64,000 bases of DNA, from assembly GCF_018350175.1 (NCBI RefSeq), contig NC_058369.1, positions 22,942,001 through 23,006,000 on the forward strand, written 5' to 3'. The DNA is from Felis catus. Its lineage: Eukaryota. Shown piece after piece: positions 25,126-38,411 of this stretch. The notes beneath the pieces were generated by a model. That model was not told the origin of the DNA and did not search any database. It worked only from the letters and a program-made list of their open reading frames with translations. Position numbers and translations under genes: made by a program. Position 1 is the first letter of the stretch. Every line of letters starts with the position of its first letter.

Positions 25126-26524
25126 GTAAAATGGTATAGCCATTCTGGAAAACATTTGGCAGATTCTCATAAAAACGGTACATGCAGTTATTTTGTGTTC
25201 CAGCAATCACACCCTTGGGCATTTATCTCAGACAAATGAAAACTTACATTCACTCAAAAATCTGTGTGCAGATATTCATAGCAGCCTTTATTCATAATAG
25301 CTTCAAACTTGAAACAACCCAGATATCCTTCAGGAGGTGAATGGTTAAACAAACTAATATATCCATGCCACAGAACAGTATTTAGCAATTAAAAAAAAAA
25401 AAAAAAAAAGAACCAGTAATGCACGCAGTAGCTTGGATGAGTCTTTGAATCTTTGGGAATTACCTTGAGTTATAAAAAAAAAAAAAAGCCAATCCCCAAA
25501 TAATATATCTTGCATGACTCCATTCATATGCCATTCTTGAAATAACAAAAGTATAGAAATGGAGAGTAGATTAGTGGTGGCCTGGGGTTAGGGGTGGAAG
25601 CAGGGGCGAGGTGAGGGATTATAAAAGGGCAGCTGGAGGGATCTTTGTCGTAGCATAAGAGTTCTATAGCCAGACTGCATCAGTGTCGATATCCTGGTCG
25701 TGATATTGTTCTGTAGTTTTGCAGCATGTAATTGGAGAACACTGGGTGAAGGGTGTATGGTGTCTCTCTGTGTTATTTCTGACAACATTTGGATCTATAA
25801 TTACCTTAAAATGAAAGTGTAATTAAAAATAATCTACAGTATATGAGGAGATATTAAAAGGGGCTTTATCAAATCAGTGTGAATCCAATGTGTTAGGTTG
25901 CTTTATTTATCTTTTAAAAAGTACTAGTCGTAATTCAGTTTCTCATAGCAAGAGGTTATAATGTTTTTACCTTACAGGCTTTTTTATTTGGAGAAAATCT
26001 CAGAAGACAAATCGTTTATTTCATTGAAATATTGGGATATTTCAAAATAAAGGTGTGTTCCTTTGGTGAATTTGAACCAATTTCCATTTTTACCATCAAA
26101 TTGATGTTAGGCCATTGTGCGTTCAGGACTCAGTGTCATGTGACAAAGACTGACAAATTCATGTAAAGCAAAATGAGAATTTATGTCAGTTCACCTAACC
26201 GCAGAGTCCTGGGGTGGAAAGAGTATATACCCATTGCACCTTAAACGTGATGTCAGGAGTCACCCCCCTCTCCCCGGCTGCCTCCCCTGTGTCTTCTGTG
26301 GACTCTGATGGATTCTGTTAGGCCAGATGCCCATCCTGGATGCATAATGCCATCTGCAGTGTGTGGGGCAGCCCAGTCAGCAGCATGATCCAGGCCTGTG
26401 TAACTGTGGCTAGAAGGCAGGCCTTTGTTGGACAGACCTGCTTAGTGTTCCAGAACGAAAAGACTGTGGGTGACCAGGCCAGTACCTATGAGGTACATGC
26501 TCTGTAGAAGCATACATGCATACA

Positions 26525-26554
26525 TGAATGAATGAATGAATGAATGAATGAATG
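26525..26554. repeat. (GAAT)n tetranucleotide repeat, probably an L2 tail
   Basis: Read directly from the sequence. Confidence 0.85.
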
Positions 26555-28944
26555 ATGAGCCACTGGGAGAGGATTCTCACTGAAAATCAGATTTTCTTTT
26601 TGTTTCAATAGAAGATCCATGAAACATTAAAAACAAAAGCGTGAAGCTCATTCCCTTTTAAGATAACTAGAACAATCTGAATTAGATTGCGGTTGAAATT
26701 ACCGGATACCAGGTCGACAGTGCTCATTTGTTTAGACGAAATCCCCTGAATGGCAGCTTGGAAGACATTCTCTCAGGTTGTGTGTGAAATGGGGGTGGGG
26801 GATTGTGACCTTCTGTCTAAACCTGTGTGGAATTTGCAGTGCGCACAGTGATGCTAGCCTTCCATCCTCTGAGCTCAGTAATTCTGACTGCAGCGTGCCA
26901 GGTCCTTTGCGATGCTTCATCTTTCACTCAAAATGTCCATGTGCCTCCTGACGAGTTCTCATGACAGCAAATAATTGAGATCCTTTCCTACCCGTACCTT
27001 TTCATCTCATGGCTGTTTCCCTGGTGGCCACTGTAGTGTGACTTCCAGCTAATGAAAGGGCTTCTGGACGGTGACATCTGGGATTATTATGTCATGTACC
27101 TTTAGTTCAGTGATATCAAGCTCTGGTCTTACCATATAATATGCTGGTGACATCCTGAGAAGCCAGAGCTAGATGATTTTAAGTAAAACAGTATTTGATG
27201 AAATTCATTTAACATTTTTGAAAGAGGAGAGCATCTTAGTGAGTCTTGAAATGGAAGAGAGGTTAGGGTAAAAATGCCGGCCTTGGTCAAACTAAATTCA
27301 CAGACTTCCTGTGATTTTGCTTGAAGTAGCCTATGGCACATCTTTCCTGAACAAGTGATCTCCAGGTTCTAAGTTTTTGGTTTTGTCTTTTAAAGGTATT
27401 GTTTGCTGTGTGGAGAGAATTTTGCTTTGCTGCTTTATGTACCGATTACTGACTTTTTTTTTCTTTAAGGAGAAAGGAACCATGACAAATTGGATGAGCC
27501 TGGAGCTCAAATATAGAATTCAAATGAGTAAACTCTCATCCTAATCTACTTCAGACCTTCTGAACCATTCATCAGACCCAAAAATGAACCTCCTGTGGTC
27601 TCTCTGCAGGGGGAGGGAGGAAGGAGAGTGGTATGGTCTTTCTCTGGTTTTACAATGAAGATGTTCTGAAATCCACTGAATTTCATGGCTCTGTTTAAGA
27701 TCCTCGTGTGAATATTTGTTGCAAAATCAACCCATCGTAGAATCCCATGTCACTCTCATCTTTGGCAGTTTTGACCTTTTCCTGTGGGATCAACAGACAT
27801 TGAACTTCTGTGCATTGATGAAAGTACACATCAGAATCACTGAATTTTACCCAGTACCATTGTTTTCTAGCCTGTGGTCTGTCAAAAGAGGCACCCGAGA
27901 TTTTAAAACTTGCCCCCATGGCTTTATGGGCCTCCAGTGCACTTGCCAGTGATATGGGAGTGAGAGGTATGTCATGAGCTGTAAGCAGAAAGTAGCCCTC
28001 TGCATGTCACTGAGTGGTGGCTGCCCCCACACCAAGAGAGAGCAAGTTTGCAGAGGGAACAAATACCAACCCACTTTCATTCAACGCAGAACTAATAAAA
28101 GGTAGTGTGAATTGTGTCATGAGTACGTTAAAAATAACTTACACAGAGAAAGATTGGGAACAACTGAAATGTAAAGAAATTCTTCTAGACCCAATATAAC
28201 TTAACACAATGCAGCTTTAAACAAGAATAAGGTATGTTTATGCATATTAGCATGAAAGAGTAATGGGGTGTGTGATTAGATTAACTGTAGGTATGAAGTT
28301 CTGAGCAGATTTATAGAACGTACTCATCTGGCATAACTAAGACTTCATACCCACTCAATAGCAAATGTCCACACTGAGCCCCTTTTGCAATCAGAAATAA
28401 AATATTTTTTAATAATTAATTCCCTATCCTTGAAATTAATGCAAATGTTTTACCAAAAAAAGTATTTCTGTAGGTCTATAAATACGAGTCCAATTATCTT
28501 CCTATGGTTGTGAGAATGTCCTTTTTGCTAATTTCTTGGTAGATCTTTCCGTTTGAAAATGGACTGATTTCTGCTTATCAAGGTCAAGAGATAATAGCCA
28601 TATTTTAAATCCGTATCTCCCTATGAGTTTACATGAATTAGAATATTGCTACTAGTTGTCCAAATTCCTTGTGTAGTAGCTCTGTAGAGTTAAACATATG
28701 AAAATGGTGATCCAAGGCCTGTTTCTATAGGAGATGCATCCTAGAAATAATGCTCGGTTATTTATTTCCACCTTTATACTTTGTTATATATTTATATTTA
28801 TTCGATAAAATTCACTTGTTTGAAAATAGCCAAACTACTGCTACATAGTTTGAGTTAAAACCATTAATTTAGCACAATTTTTTTTTTTTGCTAATCTCCA
28901 CTGCAGTATAGCATGCTGATTATGAGTTCCGTAAGAGTCTAGAT

Positions 28945-29165
28945 CAGGGGTCAGCAAATGTTTTTGTTAAGGGCCAGATAATAAATACTTTAGGCTTTGT
29001 GGGCCATGTGGGCTCTGCTGTAATGACTCAACATTGACATTGTGGCATGAAAGCAGCTATAGGCAATACATAAACAGATGGACAAGGCTGTGTTCCAATA
29101 AAACTTTATTTACAAAAATTGGCACAGGTTCATATGGTCCATGGGCCGTAGTTTGCTGATCGCTG
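28945..29165 (+). mobile_element. MER58A-like hAT-Charlie MITE
   Basis: TIRs caggggtcagcaaa / tttgctgatcgctg. Perfect 8-bp TSD gtctagat at 28937-28944 and 29166-29173. Confidence 0.9.
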
Positions 29166-30077
29166 GTCTAGATTGTAGACAACACTGGAAGAGGTCTGTT
29201 ATTGAATAAAGAACATACATTACATCAGGTTAAAATCTTTCAGAAAGGGCCACATGGAAATTGGTGGTTGAGAGCTTGAATAGACTGTGTCATATTCATT
29301 TGCTCTTCTCATTTAACTGTTGTGGTAAACGAGGGGTTGAGTCAACCTGAACCTTTGACTGAATTTTTACTTTGAATAGACTGGACAGCCCACTGATTTC
29401 TATTGCTTGGTTCTGTGTGAGCTGAGAACTGTTTGACTTAAGGGCAAGAAAACATGGATATATGTTGTGAGTAGTGGTGAATATAAAAAATAATACCACC
29501 AATAATACAGTATTTTACAATTCAGAAATACTTCTCTTTTGATTCTCGTGGTTATTACCTTTCTTATTCCCAACATATACATCTGGAGCCCTGGGCTGAG
29601 ATGCATATGGTCAGCGGAGCTGGCAGAGGAATGGTAGAGGGGGATGCAGAGAGTGTGTGAATGTCTCTCACAGGTACATGCAATCAGTACATACAGAATC
29701 CCATCACCAGTACCAATCTTATGTTCCAGATCCTTCCACCACCCTCACTACCTGAGCAGGTAGGGTTATCTTTCTCACATGGTTCAACGGTACTTCATTC
29801 TACTACAGTCTTGCTGTGTGGAGAAAGCCCAATTTAGATTTAGGTTTTAAAAGAATGCCATTGAATACGATGTGTTGAGGGTGTCTGTGTGATAAGCTGT
29901 CTTTATGCAGCTGTGGTGTCCGCCCTACTAGAAAGGGCTGAACCACATGTCTGCATGAAGTGTAAAGCAAGTGATAATCCAGAAGTTTGTTCATCATTTT
30001 TCTCTCCCCATGTGGGAGTTCATTGAGTTCTTTATCTTGACCTTCTGTGTGGCTGCACATGGCAGGTCTGCTGCAAG

Positions 30078-30132
30078 CTGTGTGTGTGCCTGTGCGTGTG
30101 CGTGTGCATGTGTGTGTGTGTGTGTGTGTGTG
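30078..30132. repeat. Compound (TG)n/(TGCG) microsatellite
   Basis: Read directly from the sequence. Confidence 0.9.
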
Positions 30133-32566
30133 CTGCTCCCATCTCTTGGTTCTACCACTCAGCTAAGGAGTTGACTATTGAAGTAAAATGGTGTCCTGTG
30201 GTTGCTTGGGGGTGGCCTGGTGGTTGTGCTCCTGCCATTTTCCCCAGTCCCCAGCCAGAAAACACTATGGAGACCACCTTTTATAAACTCCGTCCTCTAC
30301 TCCCCATGCTTTCACTGGCCGTGCCTTGATTTGCCCGGTGACAGCTGTTTGGGCCCCAGTGGCCTTGTCTGTGTTTCATTTCAGCATCCCATTAAACACA
30401 TAGATGGCCCTCTTCCCGAGGCTTCTTCTCTGGTGCCCTGTCTTGATGTCTCAAGTTGTGTGGGGCTTTGGGGTGGCATAAATAAAAACTATCAAACCCT
30501 GAGACCCCAGGGGTAGTTTCCCAGATACACTCAGATATCTTATCATAAACGTGCACACCTCATTTACTCAAAGAACACAGATCTGTTCACTACTTAGACT
30601 ACAGTGGGGGACCAAAGCTACTTACCCTATATGGGACCCCTTCAACCCTCAGAGACCGTTGACTCTCACTTGACACACAGTTTTAACCAATTTGAGTGTT
30701 AGCTGACATTGAAGGGAAAGCAGTTGGGTGGGCAGGGCAGGGCCAGCAGAACTATCTGGAGACACTGTTCTCTTTCAGCATTCCCCATCCCAGGCATGGT
30801 TCCTGCTTTTATCCAGATGCCCAAAATGTAAACGTACAAGGTCCCCACTGGGTCCCTTCCTCAGTCTCCAAACCCCATACTGACATTTCTTCCTCAAGTC
30901 TCTGCTCTCTCCCACACCTCTGCTCCAGATGCCTGTCTCCTGGTCCTGGCCCCCATGATCGCTGTCTTCCTCTGCATCCCAGAAGTGGCCTCCATACAGA
31001 GTTCCTTGCCTGAGGTCCTCCCTACAGCACACCTGCTTCTGCACCAGAGGCAGAGGGGCCTGGTGATGCAGCAAAACTGCTCTGTGCCTTCTCTGCTTAC
31101 CTCCCTTCATGGCCCCCCTGTTATTTTGGGATAAGGGCAAACTCCCTGCTCATAACCACGGGGGATACATCCCCTAGTATTAAGGGCCAGATAGTAAGTA
31201 TCTGTATGGCCCTCCTGTCAAGGTCTAAGTGGTAAGAAGCATCCCAACTTGGATGATTGCATTATTAGGCCCCTCCTTATCCAGTCTTCCATTATAAGCC
31301 TACTGTTTAATCCCTGTGTTTTTATCTCTTGCTTTTATGGCATTTTCCCACCCCCTGTTCTCCATTAGCTCTCTGTCTCTCTCTTCTCCTCCCTTCTTCC
31401 CTCTTTCTTTCCTGACCCAGCCATGTTGAAGTCCCTTTATTCTCAAGGTCATCGTGCACCTTCTTAAAACCAGGCCTTTATATAACATTCTGTTTCCCCT
31501 CCCTGGGACATACTATCTCTCTCCTCCCCTGCACCCCCTGTGCCTGGTGAACTGTTTTTCATCCTCTGATCTCAGATAAAATACCATTCTCTTTAGGATA
31601 CCTTCCTTCCCACCCACGACAGGGCTCTGCACCCCTGTAGTTTCCTCATGAGGCTGTGTGCTGACCTGGCTTCTCTCTGCCCTCCCCACCGGTTGGGGCC
31701 TCCTGGATGATGTCATGCTCTTCCTATTTCCAGCCCATCCAGTGTTGGAACAGGCTGCCCCTAAAGAGCACTGAAGGAAGAAAGGAGCAAACCAGATCCA
31801 GTCTTTGGGCCAAAACCCTGTCAAGGTCTCCTACAGCACTAGAATGAAATCTAGCTTCCTTTCTAGGTGAGTGCAGCCTCGGGGGATGCCACCCTGCTGG
31901 CCTGTCTGCACTCTCCCCGTGCTCTGGGTGCACAAGGCCTCCTGCCCCTTTCTTTGCCTCCAGCTTTCTCCTGGAAGAAAGAGACACGCCCCTTCATTTT
32001 GTTACATCTTAGACCAAAGGTCACCTTCCCTGACCCCCTCCTCCTTGCCACTCTGCTCCCATTCTTGAAGCTCTTGTGACAGAGATTTCTTTCTTTTTTA
32101 CTTATTTGTCCACTTGCCTGCCTCTTACCCGCCTTTACCCCAACCTGAAGTCTACTCTGCAAACTCTCACGCTCTGCATTTTATTACTGCTGCATCTCTT
32201 AGAAGGATCGTGGGCCCAAGAGAGCTGCTCTGTAGGTGAGTGAAGGGATGAAGGGATATTAGTTTCCTCATCCTGCTCTAGCTAAAAATGGAGCGTCAAG
32301 TCTTTAGTAGAAGGAGAAGTTAGAAGTGGGCAAAGCGACGGTTGAAAAATGGGAGATGACAGTCTGATGTTTGCGAGCGGGGGTTGGAGAGGGGTAACAA
32401 AAGCTGTTCAGGTACAACAGGCAGGAAGACGCAGGCAGCCACTTGGCGTGTCTGGTATTTGGGGGAAAGTTACAGTAATATACGTATATCCATCAGCATT
32501 AATGTTCAGCCTGGCAGTTTGAGCCACTGGGGTGAATTTAAACTATCCTCAGTTGTCTGTATTTTA

Positions 32567-32794
32567 TTTTATTTTATTAAAAAAATTTTTTTTTACATTT
32601 ATTTATTTTTGAGACAGAGAGAGACAGAGCATGAGCCGGGGAGGGTCAGAGAGAGAGGGAGACACAGAATCTGAAACAGGCTCCAGGCTCTGAGCTGTCA
32701 GCACAGAGCCCGACGCGGGGCTTACTCACGGACCGCGAGATCACGACCTGAGCCGAAGTCGGCCGCTTAACCGACTGAGCCACCCAGGCGCCCC
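32567..32794 (-). mobile_element. Young feline CAN-SINE
   Basis: CpG-rich. Perfect TSD cagttgtctgtatttta at 32550-32566 and 32795-32811. Confidence 0.94.
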
Positions 32795-33139
32795 CAGTTG
32801 TCTGTATTTTAGAGAGAGGAGGTGACTTTAGAGGTGGAAATGCCTGGTGGTTGAGAACAAGGTGAACGTAGCTGCACGTCTTGGCCACAGGACTGGCTGT
32901 GGGGCAGTGGGCCACCTTACCTCTGAAGGCTGCCCTTTCCATCCACAGAATCAGTGGTACCCTTCCTTCCTATACCTCTCACCCCAAAAGGTTGACATAC
33001 AGAAAGACAGTGTATGAAAGATAAACTGCACTCTCCAGGATGAGCCACTTTCCAGATTATTCTCCCAGAGGAACGAGCCTTCTGCATCAGGTTCTCAAGT
33101 GCATAAATGACCTCCCAGCCACCCACCCTTTGACATTTT

Positions 33140-33354
33140 TTTAAACTTTTTTTTTTAATGTTTATTTTTTTGAGAGAGAGAGACAGAGCTTCAGCAGGGG
33201 AAGGGCAGAGAGAGAGGAGACACAGAATCTGAAGCAAACTCTAGGCTACGAGCTGTCAGCACAGAGCCCAGCGTGGGGCTCAAATTCATGGACCGCAAGG
33301 TCATGACCTGAGCCAAAGTCGGACGCTTAACCGACTGAGCCACCCAGGCTCCCC
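33140..33354 (-). mobile_element. Feline CAN-SINE
   Basis: T-tract, (GA)n segment and gacgcttaaccgactgagccacccagg end. Confidence 0.93.
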
Positions 33355-35351
33355 TTTGCCTTTTTTAGTGGCAACACCCACTAAGCTAGAATGTGCCATC
33401 CATGATTTCACAAATGTTAAGTTGATGACGATGGGAATTTTACCTTAGAACGTGCCACAGAAATAGGCCAACGCTTGGATGCACACATGTTTTTGGCCAT
33501 CAGTAAACAGAACGGTCTTTGAGTCAAATGTGACTAAGCAACCCACAGCATGTAGCCCACTTTACAGGCCATGCCAGAGATGTGTTTGAATAACACTGTT
33601 TGTGACTGTAGTCGAGAGGCTGGAGTTTTGGCCAGCATCACATGTCTGAGAAACCCTCGCTTTGTGCTGAAATCCATGTGATTCTTATGGCAGGTGCCAT
33701 GGGTAGGAAGATACACAAGAAAGTGCAGCTGGCAAGAGGTCCCACCGCGCATTTTAAAATCCTGTCCTGTTGAGTGGCTCGCAGGGGTAGGCAGCTTGGC
33801 TCCTCTCTTTGTAACTGGCTAGAACGTCACAAGTCTGATCAAGATAATGGGGACACAAGTCATGCCTCCCTCAAGCTTGCGTGTCGACTCCTTACTTTCT
33901 AAGCCCTCGTCTTATCTCTCCTTTCATTTGGTCATCACTGACTCCATGGCAGAGGAAATCACACCGTGCAGTCTCATCCGGGGACTTGTTCAGAATAAAA
34001 AGCTATTAGGAGGGACCGTCTTACACTGCTCTTTTTGTAGATCAAAAAATGCGCGAATGTTAGCCATTTCCTGTGAGTGCACCCTGATACTTCAGAGTTT
34101 CTCTTAGACCTTGCTCTGGCCAGTCCTTGTTAATTGGAGGTGACCTCAGATATAACCTATTAGCTCATGTGCTCCCAATTTTGTTGTATTGCAGATTCAA
34201 TTGATATCGCTATTAATTGCATTAATTAAGTGTGCAGGAGCCTGCAAGCAAGTAAAGTAATAATTTAAAAAAACCAACATGGCAGGGAACACGATGGGCT
34301 TTCCTGTGAAGGTTACCCTGCCAGTGTGGGAAAGGAGCCTTGTAGTCTGCCCTCTATCTTCAGTCATTTCTGGGGGGATCAAGCCTGTTGCTTTTGCCCA
34401 AGCTGGTTAAAATGAGCTATGAGAGATCACCCAGGGTTTTGATGCCGCGTGACTTCACCTTGCGCTTGTTTCTCTGCTCTGGGTCTGGATGCAATCTGAG
34501 CATTAACTGGCCCCCTGGCCGCACAGGCAGAGCCTGGGGAGGGGCTGGCTGCCAGGCTCCCTGGCTCAGCCTCGAGCATGACCTCTGAGCCTGGGGAGGA
34601 ACCGTCCAGACGCCAGGCCGGGACCCTCCGCTCTGCCCGTCAAGGGCTCTGGAGGTGTGGGCCAGCTGGCAGGAGCCCTGCGCAGTCCCCCAACTTTGAA
34701 GTCCAGGACCAGAGGGAGCTGAGTGCAGTTCCCAGGCAGAAGCTGCCGTCTCACCTGAACCTGGCCAGCTCTGCATCCTTGAGCTTTTGTGGATGCGGCC
34801 TGTCGCCTCCCAGGAGAGCAGGGGTGATGAGATAAAATGGCCCGTTTGGGTAGAAGGCCCAACAATAATGGAAGGAACCTCCTGCAGCCTTCTCCCTCCT
34901 CCCTAAGCCCACTGAGCTTCTGTCCTCGGGTCCCGTTGCCGTCTCCTCTTCAGGAGCCGTCTCTTCTCCCATGAAACACACCCACTGCACAAAGCAGAAA
35001 CTGTTTCCACTTGTGTCTCTGCCTCTTCCTTGTCTTTACAGAGAGATGTCCTTCTATTGATAATACTTAAAATAGTCACCTTAAATCCAGCAGCTTTCTT
35101 GTGTATTTGCCGCAAGCTCTTTCCGAGTTGAGCTGGACTGAGCTCAGTTAACAGCTAGCTGGGTCTTCAACGAGAGCATCCAGCGCAGATCGGCGTGCCC
35201 TGGTTGGAACTGATTTTTCATGATCATTCCACGGGGCCGGGGGTGGGAGGGAGGGGCTCAGAAGCCACGTGCCTGGCTTTTCCTCAAGGACAGGTTTGTG
35301 GAAGTGCAGACTGCGGGGTAACCAAGATAATGTAGTGTGCTGCGAGGCACA

Positions 35352-35409
35352 GAGGGAGCCGCCTCGTAAATGGAGCCCTCGAGGGAGCCGCCTCGTAAAT
35401 GGAGCCCTC
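35352..35409. repeat. Perfect 2 x 29-bp tandem duplication
   Basis: gagggagccgcctcgtaaatggagccctc occurs at 35352-35380 and 35381-35409. Confidence 0.97.
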
Positions 35410-36522
35410 CCGCTGCACTTGTTGTTGGCTTGCTTTTCACCAGCTATGTGAGCCTCCCACATGATGGCTTCATTGTGTGTACGTCTAATGAGCCGTGCTT
35501 GGAAGCTGCAGGTCTTAGAAGGAGCAGCTCATCAAATACAGCCCACCCCCCACATCTGGAGTCTTCCCTTCATTACATTCTGGGATGCTGCCCTTCATCT
35601 TCCTGCCCATAGGTTTTATTACTTCTGATTCATTTTCACTGAGGATCCAATGGATGTTTGTTTGTTTGTTTGTTTTGGTGACACCCAGGTCACATGCACT
35701 TGGAATTGTGTGATCGGAGTAGCTAACCAAGACCACACGCTCACCAGATTTGCATCATAGATGCATCATACTGCATGAGATTGGTTACATTTGGCTAAGA
35801 GCATTTTGACTTAAATATTTTCTAATTTCCGTCCTGGTCTTTGAGATAGGGGATAATCATAACTTGGCAGCTGGGCCTAAGAATCTCATGCATCACATTA
35901 AAAAAAAAATGTATAGATTCCCAAGCCACCCATGCAAAATCTAGGTCAGAACCTTTCAGCCTAGAGCCTCAGGATGTTTTTAAAACAAGTTTTCAGAGAA
36001 TTCTGTTATAGTCAGCCCATGAACCTACCATTAGACATCACTGGGATATAGTATGACCCCCAAAACATTTGCTCTGGCCACTCTATAGAAACTAGCAACT
36101 CTGCTTGGATTTGTCTGAATATAGGAGCTTTCTGAGCACACACCTTCTGATCTCTCATTGCCATCGCCGGTCCAAGTTTTGGAGCCTGATTTAAATGTAT
36201 GACTCCTTCTTGGAGTTAAAATATTAAATATTTTCATGATCAGGAGCTGCCTTCTAAATCTCTTTTTTCTGATGTTCGACATCCGTTAATCTTAGTGGCT
36301 AGCACATCAAACTTACAGTTGTGAAGGACTCTGTGAGCAATTACTGGTTAAGGAAAAAATTCTGTGTTCTTATTTTAGCCTTTCAGGACACTGGGAAGTA
36401 AAACCAGGCATTGGTGAACACGGGTTGACTTTACATAGGGCAGAAATGCCATGAATGGATACAGTCTTCTAACACAGTGTCAGATTTTTGTCCTTATGTC
36501 TGCCCTAAGCCATGGCTGTCAT

Positions 36523-36660
36523 CAGGACTGGCTACATAATTTGCAGCCTTGGTAAAAAGAAAATGTGGGGCCTCTTGTTCAAACATTAAAAATTTCAAGA
36601 TGGTGACAACAGAGTATTAAGCTGAGAGCCAGGCTCTTCTACAGATGAGTTCTGCTGTAA
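36523..36660 (-). mobile_element. MER45A-like hAT-Tip100 MITE
   Basis: caggactggctacataatttgc...aatttcaagatggtgacaacagagtattaa. Confidence 0.7.
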
Positions 36661-36759
36661 GACCAACCCAGGGATTGATCTCAAATGTATTAGTCCTGAG
36701 AATAAATATTTCCTTTTTTCTACCTGTTCATAAGATGCCTTCAAAAGAGCGTTATTTGT

Positions 36760-36966
36760 GGGGCTCCTGGGTGGCTCAGCCAGTTAAACATCTGACTTCA
36801 GTTCGGGTCACGATCTCCTGGTTTGCAAGTTCAAGCCCCATGTTAGGCTCCCTGCTGTCGTTAGCATGGAGCCCACTTGGGCTCCGTTCCCCTCTCTCTG
36901 CCACTTCCCTGCTTGTGTGCATGTGCGCTCTCTCAAAAAATAAATAAATAAATAATACACATTTAA
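36760..36966 (+). mobile_element. Feline CAN-SINE
   Basis: ggggctcctgggtggctcag head and aaataaataaa tail. Confidence 0.9.
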
Positions 36967-38210
36967 AAAGAGCATTTACATAGTAAATAAGAGAGTCTTG
37001 AGTTTTTGTAGAAATTTCTGAGGTAGGTACACTGAGTTTTAGGGCTCTGTCAGTATTATTTTAGCCAATACGATATTCGTTTCCACTTCACTTGTGGTGG
37101 TAGGAAAGCTTATCTGACCACTAGAGGAGGCAAGTCTACTACCCACACCCAGGAAAGGGCCCCGTATCGGGACCCTTTCAAACACACCAGCCACATAGTC
37201 TCGGATTTGAAGTAGTGCAGTGTCTGTGGCTGTTTAGACATTGTTGTTGTCTGAAGTTGAAGGTTTTTGTGGGTGGTCTCCCTCTGTTCGGTGTCACTAT
37301 CAACAAACGTGTGTAAGGAAGAAATAACCGGAGATGCGGGCAGGCTTCAATCAGCCCTGCCTTAATTGGCGCGTCGGCTGCATTGCAGTGCAGGCAGAAT
37401 GAATTAGGGAGCAGGCCCCCAGAGCGCCTGTGGGTGGCTTCTCCCAGGAGGAGGCTCTGTCCCCGCCCCCTCCTACATAGGGCCCCAGGGCTCAGCTGGG
37501 TTCAAGACTGTCTTCAGTTCTTTTATCTTCCGAGAATTCCTTCTACCTGCCAGCCTTTCTCCACCCCTCCATCCTCTCTTCCTCTCAAGGGCCTGCCCCT
37601 CCAATGATCACAGGAGGTCTTTCTGGCTCCCTCGGAGGCAGGTGCCATCTTCCCTTCCACCGTCCCCACTGCCCAGGCCCAGGGTCAGGCACCCCATGGG
37701 CGCTTGATAACATGTCCGTCATCCCGCGGAGCAGGCGGGTGTTGCTGGCAACTTGGAAGGTGGCTTTGAGGCCAAGATTCCAAAATATAGAATTGTTCCA
37801 CAAATACAGACAGGCTGAGAGGCTCCTTCGCATCGGTGAGGCTTTGTCTGTATAATGATGCTTTCATATTATTTAAAAATTTTTTTTCTTATTTATTAGT
37901 GCACAGAGTAATCAAGAACATGGATAAACAGAACAAAGGAGAATTTTAACAGCTGCACTGTAGTCCTATTATCAAAACAAAAACAAAACAACTGTTATAT
38001 TTTTGTGTTTATCCTGAAGGCCATCATATCAAGTATATGTGCTTCAGGTAAAAAGGTAGATTGTAAGTTCTTTAAGTGCTTTTTAAAATTAACAATAAAT
38101 TATGATAACCCTTCAGACCTTGAAGTATTCTACAGTATTTAGGTGGCTACATAGCATTCTAACCTCCTCATTGTTGAAAACTATAACTTGCTTTCCATTT
38201 TTATCTATTT

Positions 38211-38411
38211 TTTAAAATATTTATTTTTGAGAGAGAGGAGAGAGAATGGGTGGGGGAGGGGCAGAGAGAGAGGGAGACACAGAATCCAAAGCAGGCTTCA
38301 GGCTCCAAACTGTCAGCACAGAGCCCCACGCAGGGCTCAAACCCACGAACCATGAGATCATGACCTGAGCCAAAGTTGGACGCTTAACCGACTGAGCCAC
38401 CCAGGTGCCCC
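38211..38411 (-). mobile_element. Feline CAN-SINE
   Basis: Reverse CAN-SINE head and body. Confidence 0.92.

Larger units (their letters stand above)
18640..25830 (+). mobile_element. Decayed near-full-length LINE-1 (L1MC/L1MD-like), sense to host gene; 5' boundary approximate
   Basis: ORF1 coiled-coil remnant at 19320-19697 (KEIEVIKQNQMEIIELKNTV). Endonuclease remnant at 21412-21618 (ISDK..RDKEGQYIIIKESIHQED). RT remnants at 23183-23784 (INVIHHINR..EKAFDKIQH; GDMIIYVEN). Old-type 3' UTR to about 25830. Many frameshifts and stops. Confidence 0.92.
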
